From: Opitutales bacterium
GTDB taxonomy: Bacteria; Verrucomicrobiota; Verrucomicrobiia; Opitutales; UBA2987
Direction: 5' to 3'
Assembly: GCA_965226885.1 (NCBI GenBank)
Contig: CBDDEL010000014.1
Span: 32,001-96,000 of the forward strand
DNA: 64,000 nucleotides
The position numbers and the translations under genes are program-made. Positions 1 to 11,091 of this stretch are shown piece after piece. The notes beneath the pieces are model-generated. The model was not told the DNA's origin, did no database searches, and saw nothing but the letters and a program-made list of their open reading frames with translations. Positions within the stretch are counted from its first letter, which is position 1; each line of letters opens with the position of its first letter.

Positions 1-370
1 GCCGGGGTGCGCATCAGCATGGACGGGCGTGGCCGCTACCTGGACAACATATTTGTTGAACGCTTTTGGAGAACCCTCAAGTATGAAGACATTTACCTGC
101 GCGAATACGCCACGGCAAAGGAAGCCAGCGAAGGGATAGCCCGCTACCTGGACTTCTACAACCACCTGCGCCCCCACCAAGCCCTGGGCTACCGGACCCC
201 GGCCGAAGTCCATGCAATCGGAGCAAAACCAACCTCCCCGCCAATACAGCTTGCGGGCACCTGCGTGCCCGTCTTTGGCTAAGGACAAAATATATTTTTA
301 AAAAATAATATGAACACGATTTCCACCTTAATCCCACGTCAAAATTGTCCAAACAACCCCGTCCACTTCA
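1..370 (+). mobile_element. IS3-family element type A, 3' part (OrfB C-terminus to 282 and right inverted repeat)
   Basis: Matches 52252-52621 of the full copy; DDE integrase-core C-terminus (DNIFVERFWRTLKYE); ends CCCCGTCCACTTCA. Confidence 0.95.
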
Positions 371-664
371 CTGCTTGGCATGGTGGATCATCTTTGATTC
401 AAAGCGGCTCATTTCACTGGTCGAAGCGGCCAGTTTCCATTCGCTACGACCCCCGGCAATCTGCCTCACGACGGGAATAAGCAAAGAATTACGCAGACGA
501 ACACAAGGTCGGAAAGAGGCTATCGAGCGCTATGGAAACCTCATTTGTGGTGGAAAAAATGGAGAATCACTTATATGATGTCGTGTTTCAAAACCGATTG
601 ATGATGGAAAAAAAAGCGGATTGACCGGAAAGAAGAAAAAAAAGCTTGCCACGCTTAATTATAA

Positions 665-679
665 TTAGAATAATTCTAA
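665..679. promoter_or_regulatory. Fur/PerR-type 7-1-7 operator upstream of ferritin
   Basis: Perfect palindrome TTAGAAT-A-ATTCTAA ending 27 nt before the ferritin ATG. Confidence 0.65.
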
Positions 680-706
680 ATAATAAACCTATTCAAAAAT
701 AAAATT

Positions 707-1213
707 ATGATCAGCAAAAGAGTCGAAGAAGCCTTGAACCATCAAATCAACAACGAGCTGGCCTCGTATTATTCCTATCTGGGAATGGTGGCATTTCTGG
801 AATCCACTCCCTATAAAGGATTTGCGACTTGGATGCGCTTGCAGGCGGAAGAAGAGCAAGTTCATGCCATGAAGATTTTCGATTATCTCAACGACCGTGG
901 CGGCAAGGTAGTATTGCAGGCAGTAATACAACCGCAGACAGATTATTCGTCTCCGCTGGAAATCTTCTCCAATAGTTTAGAGCAGGAGATCGAGGTCACG
1001 AGCCAGATCAATGATCTATTTTTATTGGCTCAGGAAGAAAAGGACTTTACCACCCTCGAATTTCTAGGCTGGTTCTTGACCGAGCAGGTGGAGGAGGAAA
1101 AATCCGCGCAGGACATGGTGGACTTGCTAGAGTTGGCCAAGGATAGCGTAAATGCGCTACTGCGAATCGATTCGCAAGCCGGCCAGAGATCATTGGTAGG
1201 TTCGCAGGCTTGA
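707..1213 (+). CDS. ftnA: non-heme ferritin
   Basis: 168 aa; QINNELASYYSY, EEEQVHAMK and EQVEEE ferroxidase motifs. Confidence 0.93.
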   Translation: MISKRVEEALNHQINNELASYYSYLGMVAFLESTPYKGFATWMRLQAEEEQVHAMKIFDYLNDRGGKVVLQAVIQPQTDYSSPLEIFSNSLEQEIEVTSQINDLFLLAQEEKDFTTLEFLGWFLTEQVEEEKSAQDMVDLLELAKDSVNALLRIDSQAGQRSLVGSQA

Positions 1214-1253
1214 AACATTGCCGGCTGCCGCAAAAGAATGGGAATGATCAAAT

Positions 1254-2155
1254 TCAAGGGCGTGTAAACCTGAGTTTTTCCGCGCGGGATTTATTTGTCA
1301 TCCGGTCATAAATCCAGCCATAGGTTGCTTCCATCCCATCTTTCAGCTTGGTCGAAGGTTTCCATTGAAATAGTGATTTTATGAGGGTGTTGTCGCTGTT
1401 ACGGCCGTTGACGCCCTTGGGAGCGTCCAAATTGTAGGTTCGCTTCAACTTTACTCCGGCTATGGCCTCAACGATATCGACGAGTCCATTGATGGTAACC
1501 AGTTCGCCGCTGCCGATGTTGAGAGGCTCCTGAAAATGGCTGCCCATGAGCAGATCGATTCCCTTGAGACAATCGTCGATAAACGTAAAGCTGCGCGTTT
1601 GCTTTCCGTCGCCCCAGATTTCAATTTCCAGGGAATTATTGAGGGTAGCGTCTATCATTTTTCGGCAAATGGCGGCGGGTGCTTTTTCGCGGCCTCCATC
1701 GTATGTTCCTTCGGGGCCGTAAACATTGTGAAAACGGGCCACCGCGATTTCCAGGCCGAAGTCCTCGTGGTAGTGCCGGCACATGCGTTCGCTGAAAAGT
1801 TTTTCCCATCCGTAACCATCCTCCGGCATGGCAGGGTAGGCGTCCGCTTCGGCCAGGGGGGTGACATCTTCACTTATTTGTTTGTCGGCGGCATAGACGC
1901 AGGCCGATGAGGCATAGAAAAACTTACTCACGCCGGCTTTGCGGGAAGCTTCCAACAGGTGGGTGTTGATGAGCACGCTCAACATGCAGAGAACTTTGTT
2001 ATTTTCGATGAATCCCATGCCGCCCATGTCGGCGGCCAAATTGTAAACGATTTCGGCGTCTTCGACCGTTTTTTGGCAGGCTTCCTCTTTTTGCAAATTG
2101 AGAACCAGATTATCCACATCATCAAACCTCTGAAACCAATGCTCCAGAGGTTTAA
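1254..2155 (-). pseudogene. NAD-dependent epimerase (GDP-mannose 3,5-epimerase-like), 5'-truncated by IS1380
   Basis: NLAADMGGMGFI, YGWEK and GGREKAPAAICRK motifs; N-terminal GxxGxxG missing, replaced by IS end at 2156. Confidence 0.88.
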
Positions 2156-2629
2156 CCCGGATATTTCGTAAAAAAAGTATCGTTGATATGCTTAACTGCT
2201 GATATACAGCAGGATAGATCAATAATTAAAGCAATATCAGCGATGACAAAAGGTAAACAATTAAAGCTACAGTTGACAAGGGTAAAAGGCCGCCGTGTGC
2301 GGGTTGATTTCAAGGGCGGAGAGGTTACTTCGGATGCCGGACTGCTTTTGATCCGGGAAGTGGATCGGCAGTTGGGCTTGACCGAACGAGCGGCCCGACA
2401 GTTAGTGGACAAACGGCAGAAGGGCAAAGTACGCCATGAGGTATTGGGGATGCTGCGGCAGCGCGTTTACGGGCTGGTGGCGGGCTATGAGGATTTGAAC
2501 GACTTTGATACCCTGCGCCACGATCCATTGTTGCAAACGGTAACGGGGCGCATTGAAACGTTGGCCAGCGCGCCGACTTTGTGTCGTTTTGAAAACGGGC
2601 AGGATCGGCGGGCGGCCTTTGCGGTAAAC
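2156..2629 (+). mobile_element. IS1380-family element, left part only (truncated by IS1)
   Basis: Starts CCCGGATATTTCG after TTAA; matches the start of the full copies at 31143 and 46773 until IS1 begins. Confidence 0.93.
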
Positions 2630-3431
2630 GGTAGTGTATAAAAAAAGAATGTTATTTTGTATTTTTAGCTGTACAAATAGCGTTAGGCAGTTTATTCTTA
2701 GTGCATGGTTACTAAAATTATTAATTGTCGGCACTGTGGAAGTGAAAATATCATTAAATTTGGCAAGACGCCCAACCATAAACAGCGCTACCGCTGCCAT
2801 GATTGTGGTAAACAAAGCCGCGAAAACCCCACAGTGAAATACACCGAAGAGCAAAAAGAAATGATCCTTCGAGTCTATCAGGAACGCAGCAGTCTACGCG
2901 GTTTACAGCGCGCCTTCGGGGTGAGTCCCAACACCGTTTTGAGTTGGTTAAAAAAAACGACAATCGCTGCGACCGCTCAAAAGCACGATTCTTGCGGCCC
3001 GCCGCCATGATGTCATTGAACTGGACGAACTGTGGTCTTTTGTGGGGCGCAAGAGCGATGCCCAATGGGTTTGGATCGCTCTTTGCCGACGCACCCGTCA
3101 AATCCTCTCCTATGCCATTGGGCCTCGGGATTGGTATCGTTGCCGGGAACTTTACGAGCGTCTGCCACGGGCCTACAAAAGATGTGCCACCTACAGCGAC
3201 TTTTGGAGCACTTATGATGAAGTCTTTCCTCATAACCGATCCGTGGGAAAAGAAACCGGTGAAACGGCCCATGTGGAACGATGGAACAATACCCTGCGCC
3301 AACGACTGGGTCGTTTCACACGCAAAACCCTCTCCTTTTCCAAGCTTAAGAGTATGCATGAAACCTGTCTGAGACTTTTCATTCATCAATATAATCAAGA
3401 ATTAGCCACCATTCCTACTTAATACACTACC
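2630..3431 (+). mobile_element. IS1-family element, copy 1 (InsA 2705-3010; InsB via -1 frameshift at A8C, ends 3422)
   Basis: IRs GGTAGTGTAT/ATACACTACC; zinc-ribbon plus HTH InsA; ELDELWSFVG InsB motif; no target duplication. Confidence 0.95.
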
Positions 3432-3777
3432 GAATTCTTTTACGTTTCATGAGATTCAAAATTGGGTAAATGGTGGCTGGTCGGGTTTCAAAAGCGTGGA
3501 CGAGATCATAATCCCGATTCTTGAGGTATTGCATCCTCCTCAAGGTAGTCCAGGGATCCCAACCGGATCTCAATTTCCCAAACAGCAAATCCGGAGATTC
3601 CACCATGACCACTCCTTCTTCTACGTATTCCACCAGGCCAACATGTCGAGTGTCAGCAATACATATTACTGTGACTCGATGGCCCCGAAGCACTAGTTCA
3701 CGTGCTATTTGAACCGTTCGCCAGGTGGCTTTAAACCGTCGGTGATGACTGACCATGAGGATCTTCAATGTATTCAA
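3432..3777 (-). pseudogene. glycosyltransferase (GT4-like) N-terminal fragment, truncated by IS1
   Basis: LKILMVS...ARELVLRGHRVTVI...YDLVHAF GT-B N-terminal signature; runs into the IS1 end. Confidence 0.75.
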
Positions 3778-3829
3778 TTTAAATTATTTTTATTATTAAC
3801 AATACCCACCAGATTTCCCACCAGATTTC

Positions 3830-4631
3830 GGTAGTGTATAAAAAAAGAATGTTATTTTGTATTTTTAGCTGTACAAATAGCGTTAGGCAGTTTATTCTTA
3901 GTGCATGGCTACTAAAATTATTAATTGTCGGCACTGTGGAAGAGAAAATATCATTAAATTTGGCAAGACGCCCAACCATAAACAGCGCTACCGCTGCCAT
4001 GATTGTGGTAAACAAAGCCGCGAAAACCCCACAGTGAAATACACCGAAGAGCAAAAGGAAATGATCCTTCGAGTCTATCAGGAACGCAGCAGTCTACGCG
4101 GTTTACAGCGCGCCTTCGGGGTGAGTCCCAACACCGTTTTGAGTTGGTTAAAAAAAACGACAATCGCTGCGACCGCTCAAAAGCACGATTCTTGCGGCCC
4201 GCCGCCATGATGTCATTGAACTGGACGAACTGTGGTCTTTTGTGGGGCGCAAGAGCGATGCCCAATGGGTTTGGATCGCTCTTTGCCGACGCACCCGTCA
4301 AATCCTCTCCTATGCCATTGGGCCTCGGGATTGGTATCGTTGCCGGGAACTTTACGAGCGTCTGCCACGGGCCTACAAAAGATGTGCCACCTACAGCGAC
4401 TTTTGGAGCACTTATGATGAAGTCTTTCCTCATAACCGATCCGTGGGAAAAGAAACCGGTGAAACGGCCCATGTGGAACGATGGAACAATACCCTGCGCC
4501 AACGACTGGGTCGTTTCACACGCAAAACCCTCTCCTTTTCCAAGCTTAAGAGTATGCATGAAACCTGTCTGAGACTTTTCATTCATCAATATAATCAAGA
4601 ATTAGCCACCATTCCTACTTAATACACTACC
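3830..4631 (+). mobile_element. IS1-family element, copy 2
   Basis: Near-identical to copy 1; 8-bp target duplication CAGATTTC (3822-3829 / 4632-4639). Confidence 0.96.
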
Positions 4632-4725
4632 CAGATTTCTACCTATACCAATTCCAATTTCTTGCCGCATCGTCTTAATCCTTGACCCGTAAAGCGCAAC
4701 CATAACATATTCCAGTAAATTTTCC

Positions 4726-6534
4726 ATGCCAAATTTTTCCTGGATATTGAAAAGTGTTTTTGTCGTTTTGCTGGCCCTGGCTTTATTGTCCGGCTGCCAG
4801 TGTTCGCGCGATTCCGAAAAGGTTCATAAAATTGCCGTCATTCCCAAGGGGACGACGCACGTTTTCTGGGTAGTGTATAAAAAAAGAATGTTATTTTGTA
4901 TTTTTAGCTGTACAAATAGCGTTAGGCAGTTTATTCTTAGTGCATGGTTACTAAAATTATTAATTGTCGGCACTGTGGAAGTGAAAATATCATTAAATTT
5001 GGCAAGACGCCCAACCATAAACAGCGCTACCGCTGCCATGATTGTGGTAAACAAAGCCGCGAAAACCCCACAGTGAAATACACCGAAGAGCAAAAAGAAA
5101 TGATCCTTCGAGTCTATCAGGAACGCAGCAGTCTACGCGGTTTACAGCGCGCCTTCGGGGTGAGTCCCAACACCGTTTTGAGTTGGTTAAAAAAAACGAC
5201 AATCGCTGCGACCGCTCAAAAGCACGATTCTTGCGGCCCGCCGCCATGATGTCATTGAACTGGACGAACTGTGGTCTTTTGTGGGGCGCAAGAGCGATGC
5301 CCAATGGGTTTGGATCGCTCTTTGCCGACGCACCCGTCAAATCCTCTCCTATGCCATTGGGCCTCGGGATTGGTATCGTTGCCGGGAACTTTACGAGCGT
5401 CTGCCACGGGCCTACAAAAGATGTGCCACCTACAGCGACTTTTGGAGCACTTATGATGAAGTCTTTCCTTATAACCGATCCGTGGGAAAAGAAACCGGTG
5501 AAACGGCCCATGTGGAACGATGGAACAATACCCTGCGCCAACGACTGGGTCGTTTCACACGCAAAACCCTCTCCTTTTCCAAGCTTAAGAGTATGCATGA
5601 AACCTGTCTGAGACTTTTCATTCATCAATATAATCAAGAATTAGCCACCATTCCTACTTAATACACTACCGTTTTCTGGAAGTCCATACATGCCGGGGCC
5701 GTTAAGGCCGAGCGGGAATTTAATGCATTGGGCACCAGGGTGCAAGTTATCTGGAAAGCCCCGCTGCTGGAGGACGACCGGGCGGCGCAAATCAATGTGG
5801 TGGAAAATTTTATCGGGCAAAATGTCAGCGGCATTGTTCTGCCCCCGCTCGACCGCAAAGCGCTTATCCCGCCGGTGCAAAAGGCGGGCGCGGCCGGCAT
5901 ACCGGTCGTTATTATCGATTCCGGTCTCGATTACTCCGACTATGTGAGCTTTGCCTCGACCGACAATTATCACGGGGGCAGCCTTGCCGGTGAACACCTT
6001 GGCGAGCTGTTGGAAGGCAAGGGCAATGTTATCCTTCTTCGGCTGATGGTGGGATCGGCCAGCACCGAAGCCCGGGAGGCTGGTTTTCTGGACGCGATTG
6101 CAAAATTTGACGGCATCCGGGTGCTCTCCTCCAATCAATATGCCGGACCCACTCGGGAAACCGCCTACACCGCAGCCCAAAACCTTCTGCAACGATTCGG
6201 GGACGAGGTGGATGGAATTTTTACGCCCAACGAATCCGGCACAAACGGTATGCTTTTGGCCCTGCGTTCCATCGGGCGGGCCTCGGAGGTGAAGTTTATC
6301 GGTTTCGATGGTGGCAAACAGAATGTTGACGCTCTCCAATCGGGCGATTTGCACGCCATTGTTATCCAGGATCCCTTTCGCATGGGCTATCTGGGGGTGA
6401 AGCTCATGGTCGATCATCTGGAGGGTTTGACCACCCAAAAAAGGTTCGATACGGGGGCGAGCCTTGTCACCATTGACAATTTCCAGCAGATGGAAATCCA
6501 GTCGATGCTCTTTCCCGCCCTCCGCCCTGGATGA
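4726..6534 (+). pseudogene. sugar ABC transporter substrate-binding lipoprotein (RbsB-like) interrupted by IS1
   Basis: Lipobox LLSGC; IAVIPKGTTHVFW|KSIHAGA is continuous across the IS once the duplication is removed. Confidence 0.92.
4869..5670 (+). mobile_element. IS1-family element, copy 3
   Basis: 8-bp target duplication GTTTTCTG (4861-4868 / 5671-5678). Confidence 0.96.
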
Positions 6535-6584
6535 ATACCTGCAATAACGGGTAATCAAGAATTGCGCTTTTCATCCCAATTCCG

Positions 6585-8129
6585 ATGAGCGAGTCCGCTT
6601 CCGCCCGCGATAAGAACGCAACTCCGCTGCTCTCGGTTCACGGAATTTACAAGCATTTCGGAGCCACCCAGGCATTGCGGAATGTCGATCTGGAGGTTCA
6701 GGAAGGCGAGGCGCATGCCTTGATCGGAGAAAATGGGGCCGGCAAAAGCACCTTGGTCAATATTCTCAGCGGCGCTTATGCGGTGGATTCCGGATCATTT
6801 GAACTGGATGGGAAACCGGTCGTGGCGGGCAGTCCGATCCATGCCCGGCGGATGGGCATTTCCACCATTTACCAGGAACTCACGCTGGCCCTGCATTTGA
6901 GCGTGGAGGAAAATTTGCTACTGGGGGCCGAGCCGTCCCGGTGGGGTTGGCTGGACCGCAAGGAGCGCCGGCGGCAGGCGAGGGAGGCCCTGGCCGCCTT
7001 GCACCACGAAAATCTGCCGCTGGATGAACCGGTGCACCGTCTTTCCCTGGCCCAACGACAGATCATTGAAATTGCCCGCGCCTGTCTCGGTTCGACCCGA
7101 TTATTGATTATGGATGAACCCACCAGCAGTCTTTCCGGCAGCGATGTGGAGGTATTGTTCGCGGTCATTCGAAAACTTAAGGAAAGAGGGGTGGGGATCA
7201 TTTACATCAGCCATTTTCTGGAAGAATGCCGGGAAGTGGCCGACCGCTTTACGGTATTGCGGGACGGGCAAAAGGTGGGCGGCGGAGAGATGGCGGCGAC
7301 CGATTTCAGGCAAATCGTCCGCCTCATGGTCGGGCGCGAAGTGAATGAGATTTTCCCGAAACCAGAGAACACTCCCGGTGAAACCATTTTGGAATTGGAT
7401 AAAATGGCCGGAATAAAAAAACCGCATAGTGTTTCCCTAAAACTGCGCCGGGGTGAGGTATTTGGATTGGCCGGACTGGTGGGGGCCGGGCGCACGGAAA
7501 CTTTGCGGGCTGTTTTCGGCCTCGACGCCATTGGCGGGGGCGTAGTCTGGATTCACGGCAAGGATGAAACCCGCTCCACTCCACGGGCCCGTCTTGCCAA
7601 TGGCATCGGTTTGCTCAGTGAAAACAGAAAAGATGAGGGCCTTATGCTCAACCGCAGTCTGGCGGAAAATCTATGCGCCACGCGCTACCGGCCATACACC
7701 CGGTTTGGTTTCATCAATTCCCGGAAGTTGCGGTATTCGGCTGTTAATTGGTTGAATAAGCTGCAAGTAAAGGCCCGCAACGAAAGCCAGTCGGCAGCCG
7801 AACTCTCCGGTGGGAACCAGCAGAAGATCGCCCTCGGACGGCTTCTCCATCACGATGCCGAAATTTATTTGCTGGATGAGCCGACGCGCGGGATCGACAT
7901 TGGCAGCAAAGAGCAGATTTACCGGCTCATCAACGAATTGGCCGCCAAGGGCAAGGCGATTATTTTCGTCAATTCCTACCTCCCGGAACTCCTCGGCGTC
8001 TGTCACACAATCGGTGTCATGCGAAGGGGGGTCTTGGCGGATTTGCGTGCGGCTGAAGTTTGGAGCGAGCAGCTACTACTGGAATCGACCCTGGGGGAGG
8101 GGCAGGGGCAGGGGCAGGAATCCTCTTAA
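6585..8129 (+). CDS. sugar ABC transporter ATP-binding protein (RbsA/MglA-like)
   Basis: GENGAGKST Walker A; two NBDs; LSGGNQQK; DEPTRGID. Confidence 0.95.
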   Translation: MSESASARDKNATPLLSVHGIYKHFGATQALRNVDLEVQEGEAHALIGENGAGKSTLVNILSGAYAVDSGSFELDGKPVVAGSPIHARRMGISTIYQELTLALHLSVEENLLLGAEPSRWGWLDRKERRRQAREALAALHHENLPLDEPVHRLSLAQRQIIEIARACLGSTRLLIMDEPTSSLSGSDVEVLFAVIRKLKERGVGIIYISHFLEECREVADRFTVLRDGQKVGGGEMAATDFRQIVRLMVGREVNEIFPKPENTPGETILELDKMAGIKKPHSVSLKLRRGEVFGLAGLVGAGRTETLRAVFGLDAIGGGVVWIHGKDETRSTPRARLANGIGLLSENRKDEGLMLNRSLAENLCATRYRPYTRFGFINSRKLRYSAVNWLNKLQVKARNESQSAAELSGGNQQKIALGRLLHHDAEIYLLDEPTRGIDIGSKEQIYRLINELAAKGKAIIFVNSYLPELLGVCHTIGVMRRGVLADLRAAEVWSEQLLLESTLGEGQGQGQESS

Positions 8130-8155
8130 TCTAGAGACAGTCGGAGAAACAAATC

Positions 8156-9133
8156 ATGGCGGAAAAATCATCATTATCAAAATGGCGCTGGACCATCGGC
8201 GCCTGGCAAAAATTGGGACCGGTCCTGGGGCTGCTGGTGGTCCTGCTCTTGTTTTCAGCGGCGCCCGGATTTTTAACGGCGATCAATTTCAAGTTCATAT
8301 TGACCCAGACAGTCATCGTGGCCATCGCCTCGCTCGGAATGACGATGATCATTGCCAGCGGCGGGATAGATTTGAGCGTGGGCTCCGTGGTGGCTTTTAC
8401 CTGTGTGTGTGTGGCCTTGGCGGTGCAGGCCGAGTTGCCTCTGGCGATTGTGGTGTTAGTATCCGTTTTCAGCGGCGGAATGTTCGGGCTCATAAATGGT
8501 GTGATTATCGCGGGCTTTAAGATGAATCCCTTTATCGTTACCTTGGGGATGATGGGAGTGGCGCGGGGGGCGGCCAAGTGGGCGGCCGGTAACCAGACCG
8601 TCAACTACGATCCGGCCAGCCCGGTTAATCTGGCCATGAACAATCCCGTCCATTGGCCCTTATGGCTGCCGCCCATGGGTGTGCTCCTGGCCCTTTCGAT
8701 GGCTCTGGTATTTGGGGTCATCCTGAACTATACCGTTTTCGGGCGGCATATTTTTGCCATCGGGTCGAACGAAGCGACCGCCCGGCTCTGCGGCATCCGG
8801 ACCCGTTTTATCAAGGTGGCGATGTATAGCTGCGCCGGGCTGCTCTATGGGCTGGCCGGTTTGATGCAGGCATCGCGTTTGCAACAAGGCTCGCCCACCG
8901 TGGCCGTGGGTTTGGAACTGGATGTGATTGCCGCCGTGGTCATCGGGGGGGCCAGCCTCAGCGGGGGCACGGGCAGCGTGACGGGGGCCGTCATCGGCGC
9001 TCTCATTATGGCCTCATTGCGGAACGGCACGCAGTTGATGGGTTGGGAAAATCATGTGCAGGAAATCATAATCGGCATGGTCATCATTCTGGCCGTGGGT
9101 ATCGACCGCATCAGGCATAGAAGCCAATTCTGA
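8156..9133 (+). CDS. sugar ABC transporter permease (RbsC-like)
   Basis: GGIDLSVGS, FGRHIFAIGSN, ELDVIAAVVIGG. Confidence 0.95.
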   Translation: MAEKSSLSKWRWTIGAWQKLGPVLGLLVVLLLFSAAPGFLTAINFKFILTQTVIVAIASLGMTMIIASGGIDLSVGSVVAFTCVCVALAVQAELPLAIVVLVSVFSGGMFGLINGVIIAGFKMNPFIVTLGMMGVARGAAKWAAGNQTVNYDPASPVNLAMNNPVHWPLWLPPMGVLLALSMALVFGVILNYTVFGRHIFAIGSNEATARLCGIRTRFIKVAMYSCAGLLYGLAGLMQASRLQQGSPTVAVGLELDVIAAVVIGGASLSGGTGSVTGAVIGALIMASLRNGTQLMGWENHVQEIIIGMVIILAVGIDRIRHRSQF

Positions 9134-9157
9134 AAAACAGTTCCCCTATCAGCCGGG

Positions 9158-10147
9158 CTAAACGATTTTCAGTTTGGGTAAATCCTGCCCGTCGATCACC
9201 CCGACCGGTTTCCCCTGCGCATCGACCACTATAAGGTCGTTTATATTTGTGGTTTCAAAAACCTTGAGGACATCGACGGCGAGAGCTTCCACCTCGATTG
9301 TCTTGGGATTTTTGGTCATGAAATCTTCCACCGGCTGGTAGAGAAAATCCTTTCCGCCAATCGAGCAGCGACGCAGGTCGCCGTCCGAAAAGACGCCTTC
9401 CAATACTCCCGTTTGGGGATTGGTCAGGGCGATAGTTCCGCATTTGGCCTGGGTTATGGCTACAATCGCGTCATTAACGTGGACGGTTTTGGGCAAGTGG
9501 TCAAACCGCGGCCCGACACGCATGATTTCACCGGCTGTCAACAAGAGAGACTTGCCCAAGCTGCCGGAAGGGTGGAAACGGGCAAAATCCTCGCGGTCGA
9601 AACCGCGCACCCCGATATAGACCATGGCGAGGGCGTCTCCCAGGGCCAGGGCGGCGGAGGTGCTGGCGGTCGGAGCCAGGTTCAGGGGGCAGGCTTCCTT
9701 TTCCACTTTGTAGGTAAGAACGATGTCCGAATTGGCAGCCAGATCGGATTTTCCCTGAGCCGTCATGGCGACGGTTTGTACGCCCAGCCGTTTGAGGATG
9801 GGAAAGAGGGAGAGAATTTCCTCGGACTGCCCGTTGTTGCTGAGGATGAGAACGAGATCGCCTTCGGAGCATACCCCCAAATCACCGTGCAGGGCCTGAT
9901 TGGGATCGAGAAAACAGGCGGGCACTCCGGTGCTGCAAAAGGTTCCGGCCAGCTTCTGGCATATGGGGGCATTCTTGCCGACACCGGTCAAGATCAACTT
10001 CTTACCGGCCAAAATGGTGTCGTGAATGGCCTCAATGACGGCCACAAAACTTGGGCCCAGGTGGTCTCTGGTGGCCCGAATGGCCGCAATTTCCAGATCG
10101 AGGCAATTTCTTGCTTTATTTAAAAGCGATTCAGCATCTAGACTCAT
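9158..10147 (-). CDS. kdsD: KpsF/GutQ-family arabinose-5-phosphate isomerase
   Basis: SIS domain (TGVGKN, HGDLG, EACPLNLAPTAST, FHPSGSLG) plus two CBS domains. Confidence 0.92.
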   Translation of the reverse strand: MSLDAESLLNKARNCLDLEIAAIRATRDHLGPSFVAVIEAIHDTILAGKKLILTGVGKNAPICQKLAGTFCSTGVPACFLDPNQALHGDLGVCSEGDLVLILSNNGQSEEILSLFPILKRLGVQTVAMTAQGKSDLAANSDIVLTYKVEKEACPLNLAPTASTSAALALGDALAMVYIGVRGFDREDFARFHPSGSLGKSLLLTAGEIMRVGPRFDHLPKTVHVNDAIVAITQAKCGTIALTNPQTGVLEGVFSDGDLRRCSIGGKDFLYQPVEDFMTKNPKTIEVEALAVDVLKVFETTNINDLIVVDAQGKPVGVIDGQDLPKLKIV

Positions 10148-10235
10148 GCTATTGATTTGCGGATTTACTGCCTGCCTTGTCTTTACAACCAGGTTGTGTT
10201 TTTTTTAAATTACTAATTAATTTTAGCTACTGTCG

Positions 10236-11033
10236 ATGATCACTTTGCCACAGACCATTTTTTTAACCGCCTTACTGATCTTTGCGGCAGGTTGCGGCGG
10301 CAGTTCCGTGGAGGTGGTTTCGGAAGAGCAGGAGAAATCCTTTCTGCGGGGCAAGCGATATGAGCGCGAAGGCAACCACAGCGAGGCTTTGAGCGCTTTT
10401 TTAAAAGTCATTGCACGGCGGGAAGAGGCGGCCGATTCGCACCTGGAAGCGGGCAGAATATTCCTCAACCATATAAAGGACCCCATTTCGGCCATCTACC
10501 ATTTTAGGAAATATCTGGAAATAAGGCCCGATTCGGTGCAAGCCGGTCTCGTCCGCCAATTGATCGATACCTCCAAAAAGGAATTTGCCCGCACCCTGGC
10601 CGGTCATCCATTTGAAAACGATATTGACCGGCTCGATTTGCTGGAGCTTGTCAACCAACTGAAACTCGACAACCGAAGGATGCGCGAGCAATTGGCGGCC
10701 TCCGCCGGTGTTGCAATGCGCGCAGTTAATGGTATGGCTGGAGAAGAATCGCAAACTTTGGGTGAAGATTCGCTCCCGGAATCTGCGCAGACCTATGCCC
10801 CGACCTATGCCGGTAGTAATGAACAGGCCCCTGCCGCACCTTCTGGGGTTGCGGCTAATAATGCCGAGACGCGGCCCACAACTTACATCATTCAACCCGG
10901 TGACAATCTCAGCAAAATAAGCGCTAAGGTTTATGGCAGCCCGGGCCGCTGGAGGGAAATTTTCCAGGCTAATCAGGACAAGCTTGCCAATCCGAACGAT
11001 TTGAGGGTTGGAGTGGAACTGCGCATACCTTAA
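10236..11033 (+). CDS. lipoprotein with TPR-like repeats and C-terminal LysM domain
   Basis: Lipobox AAGC; YIIQPGDNLSKIS...IFQAN...LRVGVELRIP. Confidence 0.85.
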   Translation: MITLPQTIFLTALLIFAAGCGGSSVEVVSEEQEKSFLRGKRYEREGNHSEALSAFLKVIARREEAADSHLEAGRIFLNHIKDPISAIYHFRKYLEIRPDSVQAGLVRQLIDTSKKEFARTLAGHPFENDIDRLDLLELVNQLKLDNRRMREQLAASAGVAMRAVNGMAGEESQTLGEDSLPESAQTYAPTYAGSNEQAPAAPSGVAANNAETRPTTYIIQPGDNLSKISAKVYGSPGRWREIFQANQDKLANPNDLRVGVELRIP

Positions 11034-11091
11034 ATTGATTTTTAGGGGGAATGTCCGACAATAAAGCTGAATGACTCGAAAATAAAAAATT

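Noticed and set aside
371..480. Minus-strand peptide RQIAGGRSEWKLAASTSEMSRFE resembling an IS1380-type transposase
   Set aside because: Too short and degraded to call without a search.
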